Shown here piece after piece: positions 1-8,855 of a stretch of 64,000 bases of DNA (positions are counted from its first letter, which is position 1; every line of letters begins with the position of its first letter). The position numbers and the translations under genes are program-made. The DNA is from a virus: positions 32,001 through 96,000 of the IMG/VR virus record IMGVR_UViG_3300005471_000011. One strand, 5' to 3'. Below the pieces are notes generated by a model. That model made no database searches. It was not told the origin of the DNA and saw only the letters and a program-made list of their open reading frames with translations.

Positions 1-45
1 CGCCTATAAACTCTCCAGGTGAGCTAATCTCCCTGGAGAGCAGTC

Positions 46-2604
46 ATGGGATTCGCCGAATGCAAACAGCGCCGTGATGGCGAACTGATGGTTGTTGAGC
101 GCCGCGCCTATTCCAGCGGATCACCCGGCGGGCTGTCTGAAATGATCAGCGGCACTGGGGGCGCGATCAACCTCGCGCAAGGCTACCGCCAGCAGGCGAA
201 ATCCCGCGAGGCGATGCGCCACTTCAAGGGCTGGGTCTGGTCCGCGACCACCTTGATTGCCAAGCGCTGCGCCGGGCAGCCGTGGATGGCGGGGCACTAT
301 GAAGAGTCACCACCCGACGCCGGCAAGCGTCCCGGCAGGCTGGGAATCAAGCGGTATATGCGGTATGACAAGGGGCTGATTCCCAGGCTCCAGCGCAAGG
401 CACCCCAGCACGCGGAAGTCGAGCCGGACCAGAACCATCGCGTGCTGTGGGACTTGGATCGTCCCAATCCACAGCAGGGCAAGTTCGAGCTAGTCTATTT
501 CTCGGTGCTCAACCTGCTGCTGACCGGGGAGTGGTTCTGGGTTGGCGGCATCAAAGAAGCGGACGACGATACCGACGCGGAAGACGACCGCCAGGTTGGT
601 GAAATGGAAGTATGGGCGGTCCCATCCGCGTGGATGTCGCGCGATGAGGAGACGGGCGGCTGGAAGATGCAGACGGGCATTGGCGCCGAGGAGATCAAGC
701 TGCCCAAGGAGAACGTGGCGCGCGGCTACTTCCCGGACCCCAGCGATCCCAAGGGCTGCGGCTCGCCGCTGGCATCTTGCATTCAGGCAGTGCGGATCGA
801 CGAGTACATCCTTTCCAGCCAGGAACAGAGCTTTGCACGCGGCATCGACCCCAAGATTGCGCTGGTCGTCGGTTCCCAGCCAGGACCGGACGGTGGCAAG
901 GGCACGCGCCCCAGGCTGGTAGGCGCCCAGCGCCGGCAGATGATCCGCGCCATTCGGCAAGTGTGGTCCCAAACGGTCAATGCGGGCGACCCGGCAATTT
1001 TGGATGGATTGATCGAGGACATCAAGAAGCTCCAGTTCGCGCCCAACGAAATGGATTGGCAAAACTCCGGCAAGATCATCAAGGACCGGATCATGCAGAC
1101 GTTCGGCGTCAATCCGATCACGCTGGGGGAAGTCACGCCTGCCAACAAAGCGCAAGCGGTCGTTGCCGAAACAAACCTTTGCACCAACGCATTGAATCCG
1201 ATCATCGAGAACCTGTCCTGCGCAGCTTCGGAGTTCTTCACGCCGTTCTATGACGATGGCAGCAAGCTGGCAGTCTGGCTGGAGAAAGCCATTCCCAAGG
1301 ACGATGAGCGGGAGGACAGACAATGGTCAGACGCACGCAAGAACGGCGACGTCACTGGAGAAGAAGTCCGCCAGCGTTTGGGATTGGAGGCAAAAGAGGA
1401 AGCGGAACGCAGCGTGCTACTGAGCAATCCCCAGGCGATGACGACGGTCGCCAATATCGCTGCGCAGGTCAGCGGCGGAACGCTGGAGCGGGAGGCGGCG
1501 GTAGCGATCATCGCCGAGTTCTTGCAGATCGCGCCGGAAGTCGCCGAGAAGATGATCCCGGAGCAGGGCGAGCCACCGGCAGCACAACCAGAGGCAAAGC
1601 CGCTTGGCGGCAGTGACGGGAAAAACTCGGCCGCAATGCGTTCGCCTTGGTCGATACGTGCGGTGAGCTTAAAGTCTTTCCGTGGCAAGATTGCCAGGGA
1701 GTTCGTCAAGTCCGCGCACGCGGCACAAGCAGATCGCCTAGAGCGTTCGATGGCGGCACCCATCGCCAAGTGGGTCAGCGACTCGGTCGATCACGCGATG
1801 GCCGGGATATTCGGTGCGCAATGGCTGCCCAGGCCAACCGAGGCCAAGGCGCAGGCAGACGCGCTGCTGGCGGCGCATTTCAGCGTGGACCGATGGACGG
1901 GCGAGCTGGCGAAGCTGCTGGGCAAGCCGTCCTCTCGCGCGTTCGTCGAGGGAGCCATCGCCGAGCACCGCATGGCACAGGCAGCGCTGCGGCGCAGGAA
2001 CCGCGACAAGGCAACCGCTGGCGAGTTCGCGTCCGAAGTCACCGGGGAAGTCTGGTTCGACGTGGATATCCCGGAATGGATCATTTCAGCAGCGCGAGCG
2101 TTCTTGGATGCGGCGTTCAACCAACCCTATTGGCTAGAGGTGGCGCAGACGACGCTCAACGACATGGCGATAGCTCTCGGCAATGCCATTTTTGAGGGCA
2201 AGAGCATCCCGCAAATTCGAGACGCGCTGATCGAGCAGTTCGGCTCGGCATACGGCAAGGCGCGAGCGACTTTGATCGCACGGACGGAAGTCGGCGGAGC
2301 GCTGAATGCGGGTGCCATCGCTTCGATCAAGCACACCTACGAGGGAACGGACCTGAAGCCAACCAAGGTCTGGCAATCGGTGCTCGGGCCAACGACGCGG
2401 GAGGAGCACGCGGACGCGGACGGTCAGGAAGTTCCCGTCGATGACAAATTTACCGTTGGCGGTGAGCTATGCGACCATCCCGGTGATGTTAGCTTGTCAA
2501 TTGGAAATCGCGCGAATTGCCAATGTTTCTGCACAGCAGGGCTGGTAGGCGCAGAACTATCAGACGAGGATGCGCAGCGGATCGAGGAAAGCATCGAAGA
2601 ATGA
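46..2604 (+). CDS. Phage portal protein fused to C-terminal Mu gpF-like head morphogenesis domain
   Basis: N-part has portal-like motifs (LDRPNPQQGKFELV..LLLTGEWFW, GSPL, EMDW, IMQTFGVNP, EEVRQRLGL). C-part has RATLIARTE..A, KVWQS....TREEHADADG, PGD...NRANCQC typical of Phage_Mu_F. No internal stop. Confidence 0.85.
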   Translation: MGFAECKQRRDGELMVVERRAYSSGSPGGLSEMISGTGGAINLAQGYRQQAKSREAMRHFKGWVWSATTLIAKRCAGQPWMAGHYEESPPDAGKRPGRLGIKRYMRYDKGLIPRLQRKAPQHAEVEPDQNHRVLWDLDRPNPQQGKFELVYFSVLNLLLTGEWFWVGGIKEADDDTDAEDDRQVGEMEVWAVPSAWMSRDEETGGWKMQTGIGAEEIKLPKENVARGYFPDPSDPKGCGSPLASCIQAVRIDEYILSSQEQSFARGIDPKIALVVGSQPGPDGGKGTRPRLVGAQRRQMIRAIRQVWSQTVNAGDPAILDGLIEDIKKLQFAPNEMDWQNSGKIIKDRIMQTFGVNPITLGEVTPANKAQAVVAETNLCTNALNPIIENLSCAASEFFTPFYDDGSKLAVWLEKAIPKDDEREDRQWSDARKNGDVTGEEVRQRLGLEAKEEAERSVLLSNPQAMTTVANIAAQVSGGTLEREAAVAIIAEFLQIAPEVAEKMIPEQGEPPAAQPEAKPLGGSDGKNSAAMRSPWSIRAVSLKSFRGKIAREFVKSAHAAQADRLERSMAAPIAKWVSDSVDHAMAGIFGAQWLPRPTEAKAQADALLAAHFSVDRWTGELAKLLGKPSSRAFVEGAIAEHRMAQAALRRRNRDKATAGEFASEVTGEVWFDVDIPEWIISAARAFLDAAFNQPYWLEVAQTTLNDMAIALGNAIFEGKSIPQIRDALIEQFGSAYGKARATLIARTEVGGALNAGAIASIKHTYEGTDLKPTKVWQSVLGPTTREEHADADGQEVPVDDKFTVGGELCDHPGDVSLSIGNRANCQCFCTAGLVGAELSDEDAQRIEESIEE

Positions 2605-2933
2605 TAGACGCACTAGTCGGTCATCTCGTCGGCGATTATCTGCTCCAAAATGACTGGATGGCGGCAGGCAAAAAGCGGTCGCACTTTATTTGCGCGGTTC
2701 ACGTCGGCATTTACACGGCGGCTGTTTGCATCATGGCACAGTGGCCGCTCTGGACCATCCCGGCAGTCTTCATCCCGCATTTCCTGATTGACCGCTGGCA
2801 ATTCGTGCCGTGGTACATGAAAACAATCAGGCAGCCGTTTATCGACAACAATCTTTGACCACGGAGCCATCGGCGGCTCCATGAAAACGTGTTTCACATT
2901 CTCTGCCTCTGGATCACTTGGAAGTTCACGTGA
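2601..2933 (+). pseudogene. DUF3307-like membrane protein, broken by a 45-bp internal inversion (2841-2885)
   Basis: HLVGDYLLQNDWMA, HVGIY and HFLIDR motifs; stop at 2856-2858. Re-inverting 2841-2885 restores FMEPPMAPWSKIVVD-NVFHILCLWITWKFT* ending at 2933, overlapping the next start (GTGA). Confidence 0.7.
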
Positions 2934-3613
2934 AGCCCTTCGACATTGCCGCGATCATCAACGACGCCGAGTACATGCGCTACGTGCGCAACGTGCTGCG
3001 TCCGGCACGCATCGGCGGAATGCGGCGGCGAGCCATTCTCGCGGCGCTCTATCGCGCGTGGCAGGCATCCGGCTTGCCGTCAATCACCGGCGTCGAGGTC
3101 GGCGTCAAGCACGGCACCATGTCACACCAGGTTCTGGCGCACCTTCCATGCGTCTCCAAGCTGGTCATGGTGGACCCCTGGGAAGAATACCCACAGGACC
3201 ACAAGGACCGCGCCAAGTACAACTACGCCAGCCGGGACAACTCCGCATGGGAGCAGCTCTATCGCCGGGCTTCTAGTCACGTGGCGCAGTTCGGCGACCG
3301 CGCGGACATCTGGCGCATGACCAGCGTGGACGCGGCACGCAGATGCTTCGAGTCACAGGACCAGCATTTCTTCGTGTACCTAGATGCGCGGCACCAGTAC
3401 GACGACGTTCTGGAGGATTGTGAAGTCTGGTGGGATAACGTGCTTCCGGGCGGCTTGCTCTGCGGGGATGACTTTTACCCGGCAGGACATGATCGCCGCC
3501 CAAGCGCCATGCAAGTGAGCACGGCTATCGAGGAGTTTGCGCGGCGCAAGGGCCTGCCGGTGGTGCCTCTGCACCGCAACTTCTTCATTGCTAAACCGCT
3601 AGTTGACGGTTGA
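2930..3613 (+). CDS. Class I SAM-dependent methyltransferase (Methyltransf_24-like)
   Basis: GVEVGV..G, VDPW, FVYLDARHQY..V..D...W...V.PGGLLCGDDF; GTG at 2930. Confidence 0.8.
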   Translation: MKPFDIAAIINDAEYMRYVRNVLRPARIGGMRRRAILAALYRAWQASGLPSITGVEVGVKHGTMSHQVLAHLPCVSKLVMVDPWEEYPQDHKDRAKYNYASRDNSAWEQLYRRASSHVAQFGDRADIWRMTSVDAARRCFESQDQHFFVYLDARHQYDDVLEDCEVWWDNVLPGGLLCGDDFYPAGHDRRPSAMQVSTAIEEFARRKGLPVVPLHRNFFIAKPLVDG

Positions 3614-3631
3614 TAGCGGAGTCTGTAAAAT
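3603..3631 (+). promoter_or_regulatory. Sigma70-type promoter
   Basis: TTGACG (3603-3608), 17 bp, TAAAAT (3626-3631). Confidence 0.7.
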
Positions 3632-3660
3632 ACACGCGCTGCCAAGACCATTACCCGCGA

Positions 3661-3760
3661 TGACCGTCGGGAGCGTGACAGCCGGCAGCAAGTAGGTTTT
3701 CGGGGGCTGTCAGCGCTGAATCCTTGCACGCCAAGCCTGCCGAACGGTCACGCTACTTGC
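3661..3760 (+). ncRNA. Candidate structured RNA (nested stems plus pseudoknot)
   Basis: 3661-3670 pairs with 3740-3750; 3672-3683 pairs with 3705-3717; loop GCAAGTAG (3688-3695) pairs with CTACTTGC (3753-3760); lies just downstream of a promoter. Confidence 0.5.
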
Positions 3761-3761
3761 C

Positions 3762-3968
3762 GAGGCACCCAGGCTGAACGCGCAGTGCCGCGAGATCTTG
3801 GCGCGTCTCCAGCAGGGGCGGGCCAGCAACCGAGAGTTGGCGGCAATTGCGCTGAAATACACGGGCCGGATCAGTGACCTGCGCAAGCCGTCAGCGGGCG
3901 GTCACAAGATCGTAGTCGTGGAGCGAAATCGAGAGACCGGACTAACGTGGTATGAGCTGCAACCATGA
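3762..3968 (+). pseudogene. Winged-HTH small protein remnant without an evident start codon
   Basis: Frame reads EAPRLNAQCREILARLQQGRASNRELAAIALKYTGRISDLRK...WYELQP*, with its stop overlapping the kdsB ATG. In-frame stop at 3717 and no start codon between it and the domain. Confidence 0.45.
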
Positions 3969-4747
3969 AAATTTTGGTAATTATCCCAGCCCGCCTGGAC
4001 AGCAAGCGGCTGCCGCGCAAGCTGCTGCTGAGTGAGACGGGCAAGCCGCTGATCCAGCATGTAATCGAAAGATGTTCGCAATCAGTGATCGGACGCACTC
4101 GTGACGACCTTGGCCGGTTCAACATCGTCGTCATGTCTCGCGATCCTGAGTTGCTGAGCATTGCCGGAGAATGCGGCGCGGCGGTATGGCTGTGCATTCG
4201 CGAGTATCTCAATGGAACAAGCCGGGCAACGGAGCTGTTTGAAGATTGCGCCGTCTGCCTGGGCTGGGACGTGGTATGCATCGTCCAAGCCGACTACCCA
4301 GAAATCCATCCCGAGCTAATCGACCAAGTCATCAGCGAGCTAGAGCGGCATCCCGAATGGGACTGCGCGACGGCGGCAGAAAAACTAAACATCGCGAATG
4401 CGGACGCGCTGCAATCGGCGGATCGTGTCAAGGTTCTACTGACCCCTGACGGGATGGCGGCGGACTTCACGCGGCACCCGCTTTACGACCTGCGTCTGCG
4501 ATTCAAGAACGGAAATTACGTCGTAGCAGGCCCGCACGTCGGCATCTACGCTTATCGCCGGGACGCATTGCTCCGCTACGCAGCCGCCGGCCCGTGCGAG
4601 CGAGAGGTTAGCGAGTCGCTGGAGCAACTGCGGGCGCTGCACCTGGGAATGCGAATGGGCGTGGTGCTGACTGGCCATGCACCGGCAGGCATCGACACCC
4701 GCGAGGACTATGAAGCGTTTGTCGCACGCTGGAAGGCAAAGCAATAA
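3965..4747 (+). CDS. kdsB: CMP-Kdo synthetase (3-deoxy-manno-octulosonate cytidylyltransferase) homolog
   Basis: IIPARLDSKRLPRKLL..GKPLIQHV, GTSR, VQAD.P, HVGIYAYRRDAL, ESLEQLRAL, GIDT.ED. Confidence 0.85.
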   Translation: MKILVIIPARLDSKRLPRKLLLSETGKPLIQHVIERCSQSVIGRTRDDLGRFNIVVMSRDPELLSIAGECGAAVWLCIREYLNGTSRATELFEDCAVCLGWDVVCIVQADYPEIHPELIDQVISELERHPEWDCATAAEKLNIANADALQSADRVKVLLTPDGMAADFTRHPLYDLRLRFKNGNYVVAGPHVGIYAYRRDALLRYAAAGPCEREVSESLEQLRALHLGMRMGVVLTGHAPAGIDTREDYEAFVARWKAKQ

Positions 4748-5083
4748 ATGGTCACGCGCGATGACATGCTGGTAGCCTCAGACCTGCTCCAGGATCGCGG
4801 CTTTGACTCTGCGGCAATGCTGCTGCGCTGGCACGCGGAAGTGATGGAGCCTGGGCACGAATACCAGGACGATGCGTGGCGACAGGACTGGGAGCCGGAT
4901 TTGTCATCGTCGAGCGAGTCAAGCGAATCCAGCACCAGCGAGCTAAGCACCAGCACGAGTTCCACGCCGAGTTCTTCTAGCAGCACCAGCAGTCCGATAA
5001 GTTCATCTTCAGACCCGCCAATGCGCAGGCAGCGAATGCGAGCACGGCGGGCAACGGCTAGGCGAAGGATCGGGCGACGATAA
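4748..5083 (+). CDS. Hypothetical protein with short Ser tract and Arg-rich tail
   Basis: Abuts kdsB stop; stop adjacent to the next start. Confidence 0.5.
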   Translation: MVTRDDMLVASDLLQDRGFDSAAMLLRWHAEVMEPGHEYQDDAWRQDWEPDLSSSSESSESSTSELSTSTSSTPSSSSSTSSPISSSSDPPMRRQRMRARRATARRRIGRR

Positions 5084-5280
5084 TGGAAAGTCTGAAAGTA
5101 AAACGGGACCATGATGCAGCAGCGCAACGTTTGATAGACGATTTGTCACAGAGTCTTGTCTCTGCCGAACGGAAGATAAAAGAAACACTGGCACTGGCAC
5201 GCCGGCACAGCTCACCTGCGACGAATCCCGGTGCGCACGCGCTGGCGAACAAGATCATCCAAATCCTGGAGGAGCCGTGA
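5083..5280 (+). CDS. Hypothetical protein
   Basis: Overlapping start/stop coupling on both sides. Confidence 0.5.
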   Translation: MESLKVKRDHDAAAQRLIDDLSQSLVSAERKIKETLALARRHSSPATNPGAHALANKIIQILEEP

Positions 5281-5605
5281 CCAATAATCCTACGCAAATC
5301 AGCATGTCGCTCTTGCGGGCGCTAGGCATTCCAGGAGAGCGAATCCGCTCAGTAGATCTGCATTTTGATTTCTCCGGAACGCTGCCAGTAGCCACAGTGT
5401 AGAATATCTCCTTACAAAGCAGCAGGCAGATGCCGTCGGTGCGGTGGTAAAGAAATTCAAGTTGATCCCGATGGAGCAAACCGAACGATGCCAAATATGC
5501 GGGACTGACCCCGTTGCATTTATTGGCGGCATTGCTGCATTTTATGCCGAAGGCCACGTTGACCAGGATGATCCCGAATATCCCAAACCGCTAAATCACA
5601 AATGA
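5277..5605 (+). pseudogene. Hypothetical protein with 2-nt frameshift near 5399
   Basis: GTG 5277 frame reads to ...LPVATV*. Removing one GT from GTGTAGAA continues VEYLLTKQQADAVG...PKPLNHK* to 5605, overlapping the next ATG. Confidence 0.5.
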
Positions 5606-5979
5606 TGCTCTACAGCTCCAGCGAGATGCTTGGCCTCGTGGCCAAGGTGTACCTCCAGCAAGCGTCCTTAGTCATCGGCAAGGCAGCCAAAAAAGCCGGC
5701 AAGCCGGTGGGCCAGTTCATGGACGCCGCGCCCGAGGTGGCGAAGCGCGGGCTGAAGCTGACGCGCACGCTTCACAAGCGGTTCGAGCGAGGCGACTACC
5801 GGCACACCGAGGCGGAGCTGGCGATGCTTGAAGCCTACTGCGAGTGGCTGATCGACACGGCCCAGACGCTGGGCGGGCACCCGGTGCGGGAGTTCAAGAT
5901 CAACCGCGCCAGCATGATGCAGCACCGGCCGTTGGACCGGACCTATGCCGAGGTCATCGGCGCAGTGAGGCAACTGTGA
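5602..5979 (+). CDS. Hypothetical protein
   Basis: In-operon ORF with GC3-biased codon use. Confidence 0.55.
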   Translation: MMLYSSSEMLGLVAKVYLQQASLVIGKAAKKAGKPVGQFMDAAPEVAKRGLKLTRTLHKRFERGDYRHTEAELAMLEAYCEWLIDTAQTLGGHPVREFKINRASMMQHRPLDRTYAEVIGAVRQL

Positions 5980-5992
5980 AAGGGATATAAAG

Positions 5993-6685
5993 ATGGCAAT
6001 TGACATCACCGCTGTATCTAGGCTAAAGCATGCCGACTTGCACAATGCGGCAAAAAAGCTCGGCGGACAATCGGCGCTGGCTAAATTCCTCGGAGTTCAC
6101 GTTTGCGAGATTGGACAATGGTGCAATCTCAGAAAAACACCGCCAAAATCCTGGCCGCCTGAAAGGCTAAATGAAATCGAGCGTAAGCTGTTCGAATTGA
6201 CGAACAAAACTTTAGATCAGCTTTTCCCAAAAGAGCTTCAGGATGCGGAGGAATTCCTGAAGGCACGCAAGGTTATTGAGACGACGAGAACAGTTGAAGT
6301 GGCGGCTTTAATCCGATACGCCGAGAGAACCGCCGAGCGGCTTTCATTTAGCAACGATTCGCAAGCAGAAAAGCTTCACGATCTTGAAGTGCTGAAGGAA
6401 CGGATTCGGAAGTCCATGAAAACGCTTTCGGACCGTGAAAATAAAATACTTGAACTGCGATTTGGACTTAACGGCTGCGAGACGCATACGCTTGCAGAAG
6501 TGGGTAGCGTTCTAGGAATAACCGGAGCACGTGTTAGGCAAATAGAATCGAAGGCTATTCGCAAATTGCAACAGCCCAGCCGATCATTTGAATTAGTTGC
6601 GTTTGCCCCAGAACGAATTGGAGCTTTGCCGCCTTACCAGCAGCCAAGGGAAGTGTGGCCAAGTGAGTTAATAGCTGACGGATAG
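5993..6685 (+). CDS. Transcription regulator: N-terminal Cro-like HTH plus C-terminal sigma70 region 4
   Basis: GGQSALAKFLGV...IGQW; LSDRENKILELRFGL...TLAEVGSVLGITGARVRQIESKAIRKL. Confidence 0.8.
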   Translation: MAIDITAVSRLKHADLHNAAKKLGGQSALAKFLGVHVCEIGQWCNLRKTPPKSWPPERLNEIERKLFELTNKTLDQLFPKELQDAEEFLKARKVIETTRTVEVAALIRYAERTAERLSFSNDSQAEKLHDLEVLKERIRKSMKTLSDRENKILELRFGLNGCETHTLAEVGSVLGITGARVRQIESKAIRKLQQPSRSFELVAFAPERIGALPPYQQPREVWPSELIADG

Positions 6686-6719
6686 TCCGCAGCAGTGCCA
6701 TCTGTTACAACTTTCTCGC

Positions 6720-6959
6720 ATGGCACCGCAGATCACCGCTGGCCGGCAGATACCCGACACCGACGCCGACCGCTGCCAGCAAGAGCTGGACATCCTCAAG
6801 ACCCAGATAGCGCCGGCCATCCTGGCGGAGTTCACTTCCCGCGTCGTGGCGCGCTGCTATGGCAGCTTCCAAGCCAGTTTCAAGTTCACGGACGGGCAGG
6901 TGACGGGCTTTCAAATCTCCGGCCTAAGCGAGAAGAGGCTTGACCGGACGAGTGGATAA
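6720..6959 (+). CDS. Hypothetical protein
   Basis: 79-aa ATG ORF with plausible composition. Confidence 0.5.
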   Translation: MAPQITAGRQIPDTDADRCQQELDILKTQIAPAILAEFTSRVVARCYGSFQASFKFTDGQVTGFQISGLSEKRLDRTSG

Positions 6960-7111
6960 AGTGTAAAACCCTCAAGAGTTAGGAACGCGCCCGAGTTATT
7001 CGGTGAGCAACCGGAAGCCGGGGCGTTGCCGCGATCAAGTAGTGCTGGACTTAGCCCCAGCGCGTACAGAGAGCGACGACGCCCCGGCTTTCGTCGTTTC
7101 AGGACCAATCC

Positions 7112-8119
7112 GTGGCAAAACAAATCACGTTCGCCCTGGGAACAGCGGGAAACCTGTCAGCGCGGACGTTGACGATCCGCGCCATGGTCAATGGGGACTA
7201 CACCGACCACCTGACCACCCAAGCGCTGGCGGGCACGGTCGAGGAAGCCACGGCGGTGATCCCGGACGACTTGAACTGTGAAGCGGTGCTGATCGACCGC
7301 CGCAGCGAGTTCACGATGGCACCGGTGGTGCTGCATTTCGTGACGTCTTCGCAGATTTACCGGGATGTTCAAAGCTCCGCCGCGCCGCGATCCATCAGCG
7401 CGGGCATGCTGCGGATCGTGGACGTGGAGGAGTTGAGCGAATCGTCGGCCAGCTCGCTATCGACAAGCACGCTGAGTTCGGTCAGCAGCAGCAGCACGAG
7501 CACTTTGAGCAGCAGCTCGACAAGTTCTGTCTCCAGTAGTTCGTCCAGCCTCAGTTCCGTTAGCTCTTCCAGCAGCACTCGCAGCTCACTCAGTTCCGTT
7601 AGTTCGTCTAGCTCTAGCCATTCGACGAGCAGCGTCTCAAGCCCCAGCTCGGCCAGCAGCAGCTCGACCTCTTCGGTGTCGAGCAGCAGCAGCAGCCGGT
7701 CCACGGCATCCAGCGTGTCCAGCAGTTCCACGAGCACGCTTACGAGTTCCAGCGTCAGCTCGTCCAGTACATCGACTGTGTCAAGCTCCAGCTCAAGCAC
7801 GACGCAGACGATCAGCAGCAAATCCACGCTGTCCAGCTCGACTCGCAGCAGCAGCTCGTCCGTTACCGCGTCGAGCTTGTCGAGTTCGAGCACTTCATCC
7901 GTGTCAAGCAGCAGCTCCTCGCGCAGCCGCTCCAGCGTCAGCACGGCATCGTCATCCTCAACAAGCAGCCCTTCCACCCTATCCTCGTCGTCGAGTTCTA
8001 CGTTCAGCACTGCCTCGTCCAGTTCGAGCAGCGCCTCGTCCAGTTCGAGCAGCGTTTCTTCGTCAAGTTCAAGTACATCGTCGCTCAGCTCATCTTCGAG
8101 CAGCGTCGGCGACCTGTAG
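7112..8119 (+). CDS. Ser/Thr-rich protein (about 105-aa N-domain plus about 220-aa Ser/Thr tract)
   Basis: GTG start preceded by AGGA; tract uses all six Ser codons. Confidence 0.75.
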   Translation: MAKQITFALGTAGNLSARTLTIRAMVNGDYTDHLTTQALAGTVEEATAVIPDDLNCEAVLIDRRSEFTMAPVVLHFVTSSQIYRDVQSSAAPRSISAGMLRIVDVEELSESSASSLSTSTLSSVSSSSTSTLSSSSTSSVSSSSSSLSSVSSSSSTRSSLSSVSSSSSSHSTSSVSSPSSASSSSTSSVSSSSSSRSTASSVSSSSTSTLTSSSVSSSSTSTVSSSSSSTTQTISSKSTLSSSTRSSSSSVTASSLSSSSTSSVSSSSSSRSRSSVSTASSSSTSSPSTLSSSSSSTFSTASSSSSSASSSSSSVSSSSSSTSSLSSSSSSVGDL

Positions 8120-8134
8120 CAAAGGAACCTAAGT

Positions 8135-8788
8135 ATGCCGATCCGCATCAACCTTCCCGCCGCAGCCCGCATGATCCAGCAGAAGTCCCCTGCGGAGTTG
8201 ACCGGCGTTTACGTCGCCGTCGCAACCAAGTGCAAGGAGCTGAAGCTCACTCCGGGCCGTCGCGACACGGTGGCACCGCAGCCGTCCACCGGGGAAGGCA
8301 ACATCAACTTCCGAACTCTGATCCAGTTCGCTGAATCAGTGGAGCCTCATCCGGAGAATGAGCCGGAGGCGCCGAAGATTCTGGAGCAGGACAAGCTGCG
8401 TGACGGCGACAGCCAAGAGGTAATCGACGCGAAGGCATCGACCCAGCAGCGCAAGACGCAGGATCAGAGACGATTCGAAGCGGCGAAGGCAGAACGCAAC
8501 GAGAACCACCGGGCGTTGCGGGTTCTGCTGGGAGCTTTGACGGCGCGGTTCACTACGGCCGGCATTCCGCTGCCGGAGATCCCCAAGACAGCAGCGGAAA
8601 TTGCTGCGGCCGATAAAGTCGCGGCCGACAAGAAAGCCGCTGATGACAAGGCAGCGGCCGATAAAGTCGCCGCGGAGAATGCTTCATCCCAGGTGCCGGC
8701 GCAGCAAATGAAAGCGCCGGCAGCGCCGCCCAAGGTTGGAGCACCGCCACAACCACCGGCAGGGCGCAGGGGTCCTCCTGTTGGCTAA
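8135..8788 (+). CDS. Hypothetical protein, Ala/Lys/Pro-rich C-terminus
   Basis: AAGGA RBS; AADK repeats. Confidence 0.65.
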   Translation: MPIRINLPAAARMIQQKSPAELTGVYVAVATKCKELKLTPGRRDTVAPQPSTGEGNINFRTLIQFAESVEPHPENEPEAPKILEQDKLRDGDSQEVIDAKASTQQRKTQDQRRFEAAKAERNENHRALRVLLGALTARFTTAGIPLPEIPKTAAEIAAADKVAADKKAADDKAAADKVAAENASSQVPAQQMKAPAAPPKVGAPPQPPAGRRGPPVG

Positions 8789-8855
8789 CGCACATTTCAT
8801 GGATGAGACGGCAGCCGCGGCCGGAAAACGCGGCATATTTTGAGAGCCAAGAGTC

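Noticed and set aside
5400-5402. Stop-codon reassignment (TAG readthrough)
   Set aside because: Readthrough hits another stop soon after, and the sensible continuation is in a different frame. Many genes end normally in TAG, TGA or TAA.
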